Positions 19,096 through 27,752 of a stretch of 58,646 bases of DNA are shown in pieces. The translations under genes and the position numbers were made by a program. The notes beneath the pieces were generated by a model. It ran no database searches, was not told where the DNA came from, and saw only the letters and a program-made list of their open reading frames with translations. Every line of letters begins with the position of its first letter. Within the stretch, counting starts at the first letter, position 1. The DNA is from an uncultured Gammaproteobacteria bacterium (GTDB lineage Bacteria > Pseudomonadota > Gammaproteobacteria > CAYTUN01), in the NCBI GenBank assembly GCA_964441315.1, contig CAYTUN010000002.1, forward strand, positions 1 to 58,646, given 5' to 3'.

Positions 19096-19632
19096 ATGAA
19101 AGAAGAATTAAAAACACAAGAACAAAAAAAACAACACTTAATGAGTATCTTAACTCCTCTCGAGACTAAGCTAAATAATTTGCAAGAGGAAATTAACTTA
19201 TTTTATCCTAGTGCTAGACATATTTCGTTATTGCCTTTAACTAACAAAGAATTATCTGAGAAAATTGGAATTGGAAAAATTAATGAACTTGGATGCGAAA
19301 AAATCGTAACTTGTACAAATACTATTTTTGATAGTAAAGAAAAAATATCTGATATAAAAAACGAGATTACCGGGGAAATTACTAAAGAGCGTTTTGATAA
19401 AATTCAAGAAGAATTACTAAAAATCGATAACGATACTCAAAAATTTCCTGAGCTTATCACTACTTGTAGAAACAAAACGTTGGATTTATTAAACCAATAT
19501 TTCCCATTATTAATCAGTAAGTTATCATTAGCTAATAAATCTATTATTGATTTAAAAGAACAAGTGGCTGGTTTAAAAGAACAAGTGGCTGATTTAAAAG
19601 ATAAAGCACATAATTCAACATTTCGAAAATAG
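19096..19632 (+). CDS. Hypothetical coiled-coil protein
   Basis: 178 aa with SD gaggt 7 nt upstream, starting 27 nt after mrcA. Rich in K, E and L, with a 21-nt tandem repeat near the 3' end (DLKEQVAGLKEQVADLKDK). No family recognised. Confidence 0.55.
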   Translation: MKEELKTQEQKKQHLMSILTPLETKLNNLQEEINLFYPSARHISLLPLTNKELSEKIGIGKINELGCEKIVTCTNTIFDSKEKISDIKNEITGEITKERFDKIQEELLKIDNDTQKFPELITTCRNKTLDLLNQYFPLLISKLSLANKSIIDLKEQVAGLKEQVADLKDKAHNSTFRK

Positions 19633-19663
19633 TTTTTTTAATTGAACTATTAAAACTCTTCTC

Positions 19664-19692
19664 AAAAAAAGGGGGCATACGCCCCCTTTTTT
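19664..19692. terminator. Bidirectional rho-independent terminator
   Basis: aaaaaaa-gggggc-atac-gccccc-tttttt between convergent genes (ends at 19632 and 19695). Confidence 0.85.
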
Positions 19693-19694
19693 AT

Positions 19695-20096
19695 TTACTG
19701 AACCATTTCCTTCAACTTCTTCAACGCTTTAATTTTCACAACATTGCGAGCTGGTTTTGCTTTGAAAGTGGTGGGCTCACCGGTAAAAGGATTAATACCT
19801 TTACGAGCTTTGGTGGCAGGTTTTCTTACAACACGGATTTTTAACAGGCCTGGGAAATTAAACTCGCCAGCGCCGCCTTTTTTAACATGCGCGCTAATAA
19901 TTTCCTGGAGTGACTCGATAACGTGGCCAACTTCTTTACGTTTCAAGCTGGTCATATCAGCAATGTGGTTGAGCATTTCGGTTTTGGAATGCGCTTTTTT
20001 TACCAGACCCAGGCTTTTTACTGCTTTGGGTTTTTTATCAGCAGTTTTTTTTACTGCTTTTTTAGAAGCTTTAGGGGCAACCTTTTTTTTAGCCAT
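19695..20096 (-). CDS. HU/IHF-family DNA-binding protein with a lysine/alanine-rich N-terminal extension
   Basis: C-terminal ~90 aa are HU-like (MLNHIADMTSLKRKEV..., arm RKGINPFTGEPTTFKAKP). The N-terminal ~35 aa (AKKKVAPKASKKAVKKTADKKPKAVK) are histone-H1-like. Confidence 0.85.
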   Translation of the reverse strand: MAKKKVAPKASKKAVKKTADKKPKAVKSLGLVKKAHSKTEMLNHIADMTSLKRKEVGHVIESLQEIISAHVKKGGAGEFNFPGLLKIRVVRKPATKARKGINPFTGEPTTFKAKPARNVVKIKALKKLKEMVQ

Positions 20097-20311
20097 TATA
20101 AATTTCCTCTTGAGTTATTTCCTATTTATTCTATTAATTTGGTCAAACCAAATTAATAAACCAATTATATTTCGAGCCGAAAAATACCATTATTTTTTAG
20201 AAAATGCATCATTTTTGAATAAAAAAGTTCGACATTGCTATTCGGTTTGAGCATAACATAGGAAAAGAGCGTGTTTTTTAAACAAGATTGCAGTAGGGGC
20301 CTGTTTACAAT

Positions 20312-21451
20312 TTATTGCTGAAGACCAGAGGCCATCGACATGAGAAGTTTTTTAAGCGTTTTACTAGAATCAATTCGTTTAATAGCAGATTGGCGCAACT
20401 GAGTAAACGCGGGATTTTGCTGTAAAAATGCAGCTTTAATAAAATCGATACCATAATAATAATCCATAAATTCCAGGCTACGGGCACGTTGATAACGTCT
20501 TAAAAGTAAATAATCGGCAATTGCTTTCGGCTGTGAATTAAGTATCTGACTTAAACAAACTGCATCGGCAATGCCCAAATTCAAGCCCTGGCCAGCCAAG
20601 GGATGAATCGCATGCGCCGCATCACCAATTAAAACCAGGCCGGGTTTTACGCAATTTTTTACCCAAATTCTTTTTAAAGGATATTCACTTGGGGTTGAAA
20701 TTAAATCTAGCTCGCCAAAATAACCCTGCGTTAATTGCATCAATTCCATTAACAAAGCTTCTTTTGGCATCGCATTTTTAGCTCTTGACCAAACTATTGC
20801 CCACTCAGTACCAGCCATATTTAAAGGCAAAAATGCCAAAATATTTTCCTGGTAAAAACGTTGCCAAGCTAAAAAAGGTCGCGCCAGTTCGCTTTTTACG
20901 ACGGCAATAACAGCTTGTTGCTGATAGTCTTTTATTTCTGTATGAAAAGCCGCGCGATGGCGCAACCAGGAGTGAACACCATCGGCGCCAATAATTAATG
21001 GAGCGGAAAAAATTCCCTGAGTGGTATGGAGTTGCCAGTTTTGTTCCTGGGCCAGATGTTTTATTTCGGTAGCAAAGTAACAATCGATATTTTCTGCTTG
21101 ATGGCAATAAGCTAATAAAACTTCATATAAAGTTTGATTCGGTACAATAAAGCCCAAGTTTTTTTCAAATACATCGAGCGCGGAAAATTGTAAAACATGC
21201 TGTTTTTCCTGATCCCAGACTTCCATTTTGTAAAAAGGCTGGCTAGCAGCGGCTATTTTCTGCCACAAATTTAAATTGGTAAAAACATTTTGAGTCGCTG
21301 AATTAATGCTGCTCACTCGTGCCGGATGAAATTGACGCTGTTCGGATTGCTGCTCAATCAAGGCGATTTTAAAATTGGCCTTAGCCAGTAAACTGGCTGC
21401 CGTCATACCGACGGTGCCTGCGCCTAAAATAATGACATCATAATTTTTCAT
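20312..21451 (-). CDS. ubiI: FAD-dependent ubiquinone-biosynthesis hydroxylase (UbiH/UbiF/VisC/COQ6 family)
   Basis: GxGxxG VIILGAGTVGM and GDAAHAIHPLAGQGLNLG. Second of two tandem paralogues downstream of pepP, as in E. coli pepP-ubiH-visC. The gene symbol is assigned by position only. Confidence 0.8.
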   Translation of the reverse strand: MKNYDVIILGAGTVGMTAASLLAKANFKIALIEQQSEQRQFHPARVSSINSATQNVFTNLNLWQKIAAASQPFYKMEVWDQEKQHVLQFSALDVFEKNLGFIVPNQTLYEVLLAYCHQAENIDCYFATEIKHLAQEQNWQLHTTQGIFSAPLIIGADGVHSWLRHRAAFHTEIKDYQQQAVIAVVKSELARPFLAWQRFYQENILAFLPLNMAGTEWAIVWSRAKNAMPKEALLMELMQLTQGYFGELDLISTPSEYPLKRIWVKNCVKPGLVLIGDAAHAIHPLAGQGLNLGIADAVCLSQILNSQPKAIADYLLLRRYQRARSLEFMDYYYGIDFIKAAFLQQNPAFTQLRQSAIKRIDSSKTLKKLLMSMASGLQQ

Positions 21452-22652
21452 AAGGGATGCCTGCTAATAAAGGCGCTGGGGCGGAAGCCATTCCCAGCAT
21501 CGGTTTCATGAAAGAACGGCGCAAGAATCGCGATAAATTTAATCCGGAAAAAATAATTTCCTGTAATAAGGGTGAAATTTTAGCGAAATGCGCTTGGCTT
21601 TCAATTAAGCCTGTCATACGTAAAATTTTTTCCTGGTCTGCCTGGCATAATTTAAGATAGTTTTCTAGCAAACACTGTTTATTAATGCGCCCTGCAAGTG
21701 TCATTTGCGTTAAACTTTCTGCCAGATGCGCGATATCACGCAAACTTAAATTAAATCCTTGTGCTGCGATCGGGCTGATTTGATGCGCTGCATTGCCTAA
21801 TAATACCAGGCCTGGTTTGATTTGCTCTTTCGCAGTTAGCGGCTGGAATTGATGCGTTTGGACTTCAGTTAATAAATCAATTTTTCCTAGAAAAAAACCA
21901 AATTTATCTTGTATCAATTGCTGAAATTCGGTTTTTGATAGCGTTGAATACTTTTTAGCGACGGAAGACGCCGCAGTTAAAACCAAACCCGCAGCCCCAT
22001 CAACACGCGGCAGCATCGCTAGCGTTTCACTGTTGATAAAACGCTCATAAGCGGTATTTTCTAATTTTTTTTGCGTTTCGACTAAAGCCAATAACGCAAG
22101 AAATGTAAATTCATTTCTTTCAGTTTCAATATTTAATAATTGACGCACTCGAGAATTAACGCCATCAGCAGCGATGAGAAACGAGGTTTTTAAATTAACG
22201 CTTTCTTTTGGTGTTTTTAAATGCAATTCAAAATCATCGACATGCTCAATCAAGTTTTCTAAATGATGCTCATAAAAAACCTGCAAATTCGCTTGTTCAG
22301 CCAATTTTTGATGTAAAACGACTTCTAGCTGTTTCGTGGGAATGACATAGCCTAAAGCCGGTAAATTAAATTCGCTTGCATTTAATTGAGTTTTTTGAAA
22401 TCGGCCTTTAGCAGAAATATGGATTTTACGTATAGGGCAAGCATCAGCAGCTAAATCTGGCCAAATAGCTAATGCTTGCAGAATGTTATGGCTAATCCAA
22501 TTAAGCGCTAAAGATTGATAAGTTGTAATCGCGCTGTTTTTGGGTTTGGCGGCAACCAAAGTAATTTTCAGTGGCAAATGCGCCAGACTTTTTGCCAGAC
22601 TTAAGCCCGCCAACCCATCGCCAATAATCGCAATATCAGTTTGAAACGCCAT
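21438..22652 (-). CDS. ubiH: 2-octaprenyl-6-methoxyphenol hydroxylase-like FAD monooxygenase
   Basis: IAIIGDGLAGLS and GNAAHQISPIAAQGFNLSLRD. Position matches pepP-ubiH. Confidence 0.8.
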   Translation of the reverse strand: MAFQTDIAIIGDGLAGLSLAKSLAHLPLKITLVAAKPKNSAITTYQSLALNWISHNILQALAIWPDLAADACPIRKIHISAKGRFQKTQLNASEFNLPALGYVIPTKQLEVVLHQKLAEQANLQVFYEHHLENLIEHVDDFELHLKTPKESVNLKTSFLIAADGVNSRVRQLLNIETERNEFTFLALLALVETQKKLENTAYERFINSETLAMLPRVDGAAGLVLTAASSVAKKYSTLSKTEFQQLIQDKFGFFLGKIDLLTEVQTHQFQPLTAKEQIKPGLVLLGNAAHQISPIAAQGFNLSLRDIAHLAESLTQMTLAGRINKQCLLENYLKLCQADQEKILRMTGLIESQAHFAKISPLLQEIIFSGLNLSRFLRRSFMKPMLGMASAPAPLLAGIPYEKL

Positions 22653-23391
22653 TTTGTTTTTGTTGCTGCCTAAGCTTTAGATCATTTAATAAGGTTAGAG
22701 TATAGCCAACTATCAGCGGGTAAAAAACTAAAGTGATAAGAAACATGCCTGCTGTATATAGCATGAAACGTAGTTGCCCCGTGATGAGAATCGCAATGCC
22801 ATTCAGTATTATTAAAACTAAAACGAAAAATACCCAGGGAAGAAATGCACGCCACCAATTTCCAATGACCAAGCGTGCGCTTTTCTCAAAAGAAGAAAAC
22901 ACTCTGGAATTATCTAAAACAATTAGCGGTACCGCAAAATAAATCAAAATTAAAATAAATAAATTTAAAACCGCAGAGAAAATAATAACTTCTTTATCGA
23001 GATGCACGATTTCCGCTGCCTGGATTAATGCTAATTCAATAAAGCTGGCAAAAGCCAAAATGAAAATAAATATCACATTGCCTGCCAAAATCGCAATAAA
23101 ACGCCGGCGCGCATGCCGCCACACCATTTCATAGCTGATTGCTTCGCCTTTTAAATAATAAAAGCTACGATAAATAATTGCCGCAAATAAAAACCAAATC
23201 AGCAAAATGCATGCGACGACAAATGCCAAACCGACATAAACATTAAATTTCAAAGCCCATGGATAAACTAAATGCAAAAATGCCGTGATAGTAATCAACG
23301 GCCAAGTCAGTTTAAAAATAGCAGGATAAAAATAAAAAACATCCAAAATATTTTGCACTATCGATTGCGGCTTGTTGGCAAGCGTTTTCAT
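22636..23391 (-). CDS. Hypothetical polytopic membrane protein
   Basis: 251 aa with 6 or more hydrophobic helices. Overlaps the ubiH start by 17 nt. No family recognised. Confidence 0.5.
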   Translation of the reverse strand: MKTLANKPQSIVQNILDVFYFYPAIFKLTWPLITITAFLHLVYPWALKFNVYVGLAFVVACILLIWFLFAAIIYRSFYYLKGEAISYEMVWRHARRRFIAILAGNVIFIFILAFASFIELALIQAAEIVHLDKEVIIFSAVLNLFILILIYFAVPLIVLDNSRVFSSFEKSARLVIGNWWRAFLPWVFFVLVLIILNGIAILITGQLRFMLYTAGMFLITLVFYPLIVGYTLTLLNDLKLRQQQKQNGVSN

Positions 23392-23522
23392 GGCAACGAT
23401 TCTCCCTAATTTCGTATTATTTAATTATATACTTAAACTGAAGAGAATTTTGGTGTTGTTAAAGATAAACACCCTGTGCCAAGCCGCACAGGAAATTGCA
23501 AATTGAATAATGCTATTTCTAT

Positions 23523-23762
23523 CACCCCTCATCCGCCCCGTTGGGGCACCTTCTCCCACAAGGGGAGAAGGGTCTCTTCAAAATACAGCAGCTTTTCAAA
23601 ATAAAGCTTATTTCATTAGCTTTTCAAACAAGGCTTATTTCATTAGCTTTTCAAAACAAGGCTTATTTCATAGCAATTAACTTTATTTGTTTGGCAGATG
23701 TCGTCGACGTTGTCCTTCTCCCCTTGCGGGAGAAGGTGCCCGCAAGGGCGGATGAGGGGTGG
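23523..23762. repeat. Family-1 MITE-like element, complete copy with an internal ~27-nt tandem triplication
   Basis: Arms cacccctcatccgccccgttggggcaccttctcccacaaggggagaagg / ccttctccccttgcgggagaaggtgcccgcaagggcggatgaggggtgg. The core holds about three copies of gcttttcaaa..aaRgcttatttcatta (23590-23672). Confidence 0.9.
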
Positions 23763-23773
23763 TTTTTCCACGC

Positions 23774-25069
23774 TCAACTTTTCATCAAGGCTTCGATATC
23801 AGCCACATTTTTCGGCAATTTTTCACTGAAAACATGAAAGCCTGTTTCGGTTACCAAAACATCATCCTCAATTCTCACACCAATTCGCCGCCATTTTTCA
23901 GGCACATTGACGTGTTCAGGAATGTAAATACCAGGCTCGACCGTAAACACCATCCCCGGCTGCAATTGACGCCATTCGCCAGCAATACGATAGCGGCCCA
24001 CATCATGCACATCCAAACCTAGCCAATGCCCGCTACGATGTGGATAAAATTCACGGCAGGCTTGTTTTTCCAGTAATTCCGTTATATTTCCTTTTAAAAG
24101 ACCCAGCTCAACCAATCCTTCCGTAATCACACGATCGGTAATTTTTTGTAATTCATTCCAAACTAGACCCGGTTTAATCGCATTAATCGCTTCAACATTA
24201 GCGCGTAGTACAATCTCATAAATTGCTTTTTGCTCGGGAGAAAATTTTCCATTAGCAGGGAAAGTGCGTGTTAAATCCGATGCATAAAGTTGATATTCAC
24301 AACCCGCATCAATTAAAACGATATCACCATCTTTTATTTCGCAATTATTGTCGATGTAATGCAAAACGCAGCTATTATTTCCCGCGCCAACAATTGAAGG
24401 ATAAGCCATCTGCTGCGCGCCCTGCATCATGCATTCATGCACAATTTCAGCTTCTAATTGATATTCATATTTCCCTGGCCGACAAGCGCGCATAGCGCGT
24501 TTGTGCGCAGCCACGCTAATATCTGCTGCTTGCTGCATAATTTTAATTTCGTCTGCGGATTTAAATAGGCGCATTTCATGCAGTAATTCATCTAAATTTA
24601 ACATCGCTTGCGGAAAATGTGTGCCGGAACGAATTTTTGCACGCAATTGTTGCCATAACTGATTTATTTTTTTAACTAATGCGGAATCAGAAAAACTCAA
24701 ATAAATGCGGTCTACTTTTTCTGCTAATTCGACAAAGTATTTTTCAAACTCGCTAATATCAAAAGCGCGATCCGCATGAAAATTTTCCACCGCACCTGAT
24801 TGCCCCGCGCGCTTGCCAGTCCATAATTCCATCGCAGCATCGCGTGGCCGATTAAACAAGATAAATTCCTGTGAATTTTCTGGAGTGAGAATAACTGCCA
24901 TTGCTTCCGGCTCAGTAAACCCTGTCAAATAATAAAGATCGCTGGATTGGCGGAAGGGATAATGGCTATCACCCGCACGCAAATATTCTTGCTGACTGGG
25001 AATAAGGGCAATAGCATTCGGGCCCATTAATTTTTCTAGTTGTTTTCTGCGTTGGGCGTAGATATTCAT
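23774..25069 (-). CDS. pepP: Xaa-Pro aminopeptidase
   Basis: M24B motifs: DGDIVLIDAG, HRSGHWLGLDVHD, VFTVEPGIY and IGVRIEDDVLVT. ATG at 25069 with an aggaa SD. The longer ORF is unsupported. Confidence 0.9.
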   Translation of the reverse strand: MNIYAQRRKQLEKLMGPNAIALIPSQQEYLRAGDSHYPFRQSSDLYYLTGFTEPEAMAVILTPENSQEFILFNRPRDAAMELWTGKRAGQSGAVENFHADRAFDISEFEKYFVELAEKVDRIYLSFSDSALVKKINQLWQQLRAKIRSGTHFPQAMLNLDELLHEMRLFKSADEIKIMQQAADISVAAHKRAMRACRPGKYEYQLEAEIVHECMMQGAQQMAYPSIVGAGNNSCVLHYIDNNCEIKDGDIVLIDAGCEYQLYASDLTRTFPANGKFSPEQKAIYEIVLRANVEAINAIKPGLVWNELQKITDRVITEGLVELGLLKGNITELLEKQACREFYPHRSGHWLGLDVHDVGRYRIAGEWRQLQPGMVFTVEPGIYIPEHVNVPEKWRRIGVRIEDDVLVTETGFHVFSEKLPKNVADIEALMKS

Positions 25070-25210
25070 GCTGGGTTCCTGATTGAGAATGAGAGGCAAT
25101 CTTACCAAGAACTTACTACGCACAGCAAAACTAAAGGCTATTTTAATACGCTTGAGATTCCAGCCCAAGCCCGTTAAGATTGAAAATATCGCTAAAATAA
25201 GTATGAAATC

Positions 25211-25414
25211 ATGGATCCCATTGAATTTGAAAATTTTGAACAGTCAATCGAAGTATTACTAGCAGAGTTAGCTAAACTACGGCGTGAAAACCAAAAACTG
25301 TCTTTGACCATTAAGCAGCTCAATCTCGAACGTGAGCAGCTGATAGCAAGCAACCGTGAAGACCGCGCCAAAATCAAATCCATTCTCGCCAAACTGAAAG
25401 AGCAACTCGTATGA
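25211..25414 (+). CDS. Small coiled-coil protein coupled to zapA (TIGR02449-like)
   Basis: 67-aa heptad-rich ORF whose stop overlaps the zapA ATG by 4 nt. A similar small gene precedes zapA in other gammaproteobacteria. Confidence 0.5.
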   Translation: MDPIEFENFEQSIEVLLAELAKLRRENQKLSLTIKQLNLEREQLIASNREDRAKIKSILAKLKEQLV

Positions 25415-25731
25415 GCAATGACCAAAACACTGTTTCTATCACGTTATTAGATAAAATTTACAAAGTGAAATGCCCGCAAGACAAAATGGCAGAGCTGCGT
25501 GAATCCGCGCAATATCTCGATGAAAAAATGCGTGAATTAAATTTAGACAATAATAAATTTTCTTCCATCGACCGCCTCGCCGTCATTGCCGCTTTAAATA
25601 TTTCGCATGAATTATTGATGCAAAAGCGCCAAGCCAGCAGCCATATTGATGCGATGAATAAACGCATCCAATATCTCTCCGATAAAATTAACCAAAGCTT
25701 AAAAGACACCAGCACCAGTGGCGCTGAATAA
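25411..25731 (+). CDS. zapA: Cell division protein ZapA
   Basis: ITLLDKIYKVKCPQDKMAELRESAQYLDEKM...RLAVIAALNISHEL parallels E. coli ZapA. Has zapA-ssrS-ygfA synteny. Confidence 0.88.
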   Translation: MSNDQNTVSITLLDKIYKVKCPQDKMAELRESAQYLDEKMRELNLDNNKFSSIDRLAVIAALNISHELLMQKRQASSHIDAMNKRIQYLSDKINQSLKDTSTSGAE

Positions 25732-25865
25732 TTCCTCAAGCTTTTTTAGCGTTACTTTTATAGCGTTACACTGTTTCCAATGTCATATCCAAACACAAAA
25801 GCCAACCCTCACTTTGTTTCAGCGGAACCGCTGAAATATTTCTCATTCGCATGCTATAATTACTT

Positions 25866-26040
25866 TCTCTGCGGTAGCCGTGAGCAGGCTTAGATTCTTG
25901 AACCGATAAATGATGAATCAACTGGTTCCAATGTGACTGCGGTGTGCAAGCCTCCCCGAGAGGAAGCCTAAAACAGCCCTAGGGACCGATGCTGGACCTC
26001 TGGGTTCAGAAATAAAGCTTGTAACGCTATTGCGGAGTTT
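25866..26040 (+). ncRNA. ssrS: 6S RNA
   Basis: Lies between zapA and the 5-formyl-THF cyclo-ligase gene, as in E. coli. The 5' uuucucugcgguagc pairs with the 3' gcuauugcggaguuuc. Conserved blocks cuugaaccgaua, ccgagaggaagccuaaaac and ggguucag are present. TATAAT at 25855-25860. Ends are approximate. Confidence 0.85.
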
Positions 26041-26046
26041 CTTTTT

Positions 26047-26619
26047 ATGAATCGTGATGATCTCCGTCGCCTCCTTAAACAAAAACGCCTGCAATTAACT
26101 GAAGCTTTTCAATTAGAAGCAGAAAAACGCGTTTTTTCTCATATTCTTCAATCGAATTTACTGAATGAAGCAAAACATATTGCCTGCTATATGCCTATTA
26201 ATGGCGAAGTTGGTACACAGTTATTAATTAATTTTTTGTGGGAGCAAAACAAGCAAGTTTATTTGCCAAAAATTACCGGAAATAAAAATTTGCTATTCAT
26301 TGAATATAATAAAAACACTATTTTAGAAAAAAATAAATTTAATATCTGGGAACCCGGAAGCAATGCAAGCAGCATTGTAGCTGAAGGACTCGATTTAATT
26401 TTTTTACCTTTATTGGGGTTTGATAATCACGGTAATCGCCTCGGCACCGGACAAGGTTATTACGACCGTAGTTTTACTTTTAAGCTTAATGATCCAAAAA
26501 TTCCACCAAGCTTGGTAGGCTTAGCTTATAGTTTTCAGAAATTAGAAAAGCTCGCAGCAGAAAGCTGGGACGTTAAATTAGACTATTTGATTACGGAAGA
26601 AGAAATTATCAGTATTTAG
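26047..26619 (+). CDS. 5-formyltetrahydrofolate cyclo-ligase
   Basis: PINGEV, LLGFDNHGNRLGTGQGYYDRSF and DVKLDYLITE. Position downstream of ssrS (ygfA equivalent). Confidence 0.85.
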   Translation: MNRDDLRRLLKQKRLQLTEAFQLEAEKRVFSHILQSNLLNEAKHIACYMPINGEVGTQLLINFLWEQNKQVYLPKITGNKNLLFIEYNKNTILEKNKFNIWEPGSNASSIVAEGLDLIFLPLLGFDNHGNRLGTGQGYYDRSFTFKLNDPKIPPSLVGLAYSFQKLEKLAAESWDVKLDYLITEEEIISI

Positions 26620-27752
26620 ATCAGCTTAGACCTCAAATCGAAATGATTAAATCCTCTCATTTCTTTAGCCAATCCTTTCTGTAAAGAAATGACTTTAACA
26701 ATCTCTCCCATTTCCTGCGGCATAATTAATTTTTTTATTTTTTGTAATTCCATTAAGCGTTTTTCGTTATTTAATTGATTTAACAAATTATCTAAACCAG
26801 AATTAATGATAAAATGCGCCTGTGTTACAAAACCCGCTAGTTTAAATCCCGCCGAGATTGCTGCTTCAGCTAAATGCGTAAAATCGACATGGGCGGTAAT
26901 ATCTTGTAAACCAACTCTTTCCAGCGGATTATTGTAGCTTTGATGCTGATAAAAACATTTCAGCGTTCCCTGATTTCTTTCGGAATGATAATACTCAGCG
27001 CGCGGATAACCATAATCAAAAAAAATCACCGCACCTTTTTTGATCAAATTAAATAAAGTATCCATCAAAGCCGGATAATTTAAATTAATTTCGCTGACAT
27101 AATCAGCGGGAAACTCTACATCTTTTGCCAATTTTTCCAGCGCATTTTCCAAACCTGGCGACTTTATTGCTGATTTTTTAAAAATCAATTGATGATTTTG
27201 CCAATCCACCAATAATTCGTGAAACGAATTATCATAATAAAATAAATGACAAGGCAGCGCGTCTAAAAATTCATTAGCAATAATAACGGCTTCCTTAAAT
27301 GATTCATTAAGCTGATTAATCCATTTTATTCGAGAAAAAAAATCTGGCACTTCTGTCTGTAAATAAGCCTTTTGTTTTTCTATCAAACACGAACTAATTT
27401 CATAAATCACATATTGTTCCGGCAATTGGTCTTTTTGCGCGAGCCGGCGCAAAATATCTGCGGCCATCTTTCCTGACCCTGCGCCTAATTCAATAATGAT
27501 TTTTGTTTCAAGTTGCTGAAAAATTTCGCTAATTTGATTGGCAACACAAGCCGAAAATAAGGGTGAAATTTCGGGTGCAGTAATAAAATCCCCCTTTTTC
27601 CCGAAGATTTCCGGCATTGCCATGTAGTAGCCCAAGCCTGGCGAATACAGTGCCAATTCCATAAAACGTGCAAATGCTATCGGGCCGAGGCTCTTAATTT
27701 CTTCGGCGATTTGTTGCGTTAATTGTTTTGAGCGAATGGTGGGATCGATCAT
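26616..27752 (-). CDS. Class I SAM-dependent methyltransferase, DUF185 / MidA (NDUFAF7)-like
   Basis: FITAPEISPLF, IIELGAGSGKMAADIL and ANEFLDALP. Confidence 0.75.
   Translation of the reverse strand: MIDPTIRSKQLTQQIAEEIKSLGPIAFARFMELALYSPGLGYYMAMPEIFGKKGDFITAPEISPLFSACVANQISEIFQQLETKIIIELGAGSGKMAADILRRLAQKDQLPEQYVIYEISSCLIEKQKAYLQTEVPDFFSRIKWINQLNESFKEAVIIANEFLDALPCHLFYYDNSFHELLVDWQNHQLIFKKSAIKSPGLENALEKLAKDVEFPADYVSEINLNYPALMDTLFNLIKKGAVIFFDYGYPRAEYYHSERNQGTLKCFYQHQSYNNPLERVGLQDITAHVDFTHLAEAAISAGFKLAGFVTQAHFIINSGLDNLLNQLNNEKRLMELQKIKKLIMPQEMGEIVKVISLQKGLAKEMRGFNHFDLRSKLI

Noticed and set aside
19744-20250. 168-aa and 77-aa plus-strand ORFs overlapping the HU gene
   Set aside because: They are antisense to a clear HU-fold CDS with its own terminator, and have no RBS or family signal.
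23541-23837. 98-aa ORF spanning a MITE and the pepP 3' end
   Set aside because: It is a translated repeat core and arm running antisense into pepP, with no independent coding signal.
25818-25837. Hairpin ttcagcgg-aa-ccgctgaa as a zapA terminator
   Set aside because: The loop is only 2-4 nt, there is no T-tract, and it overlaps the presumed -35 region of the 6S RNA promoter. A similar cagcgg..ccgctg motif at ~11868 suggests a small repeat rather than a terminator.
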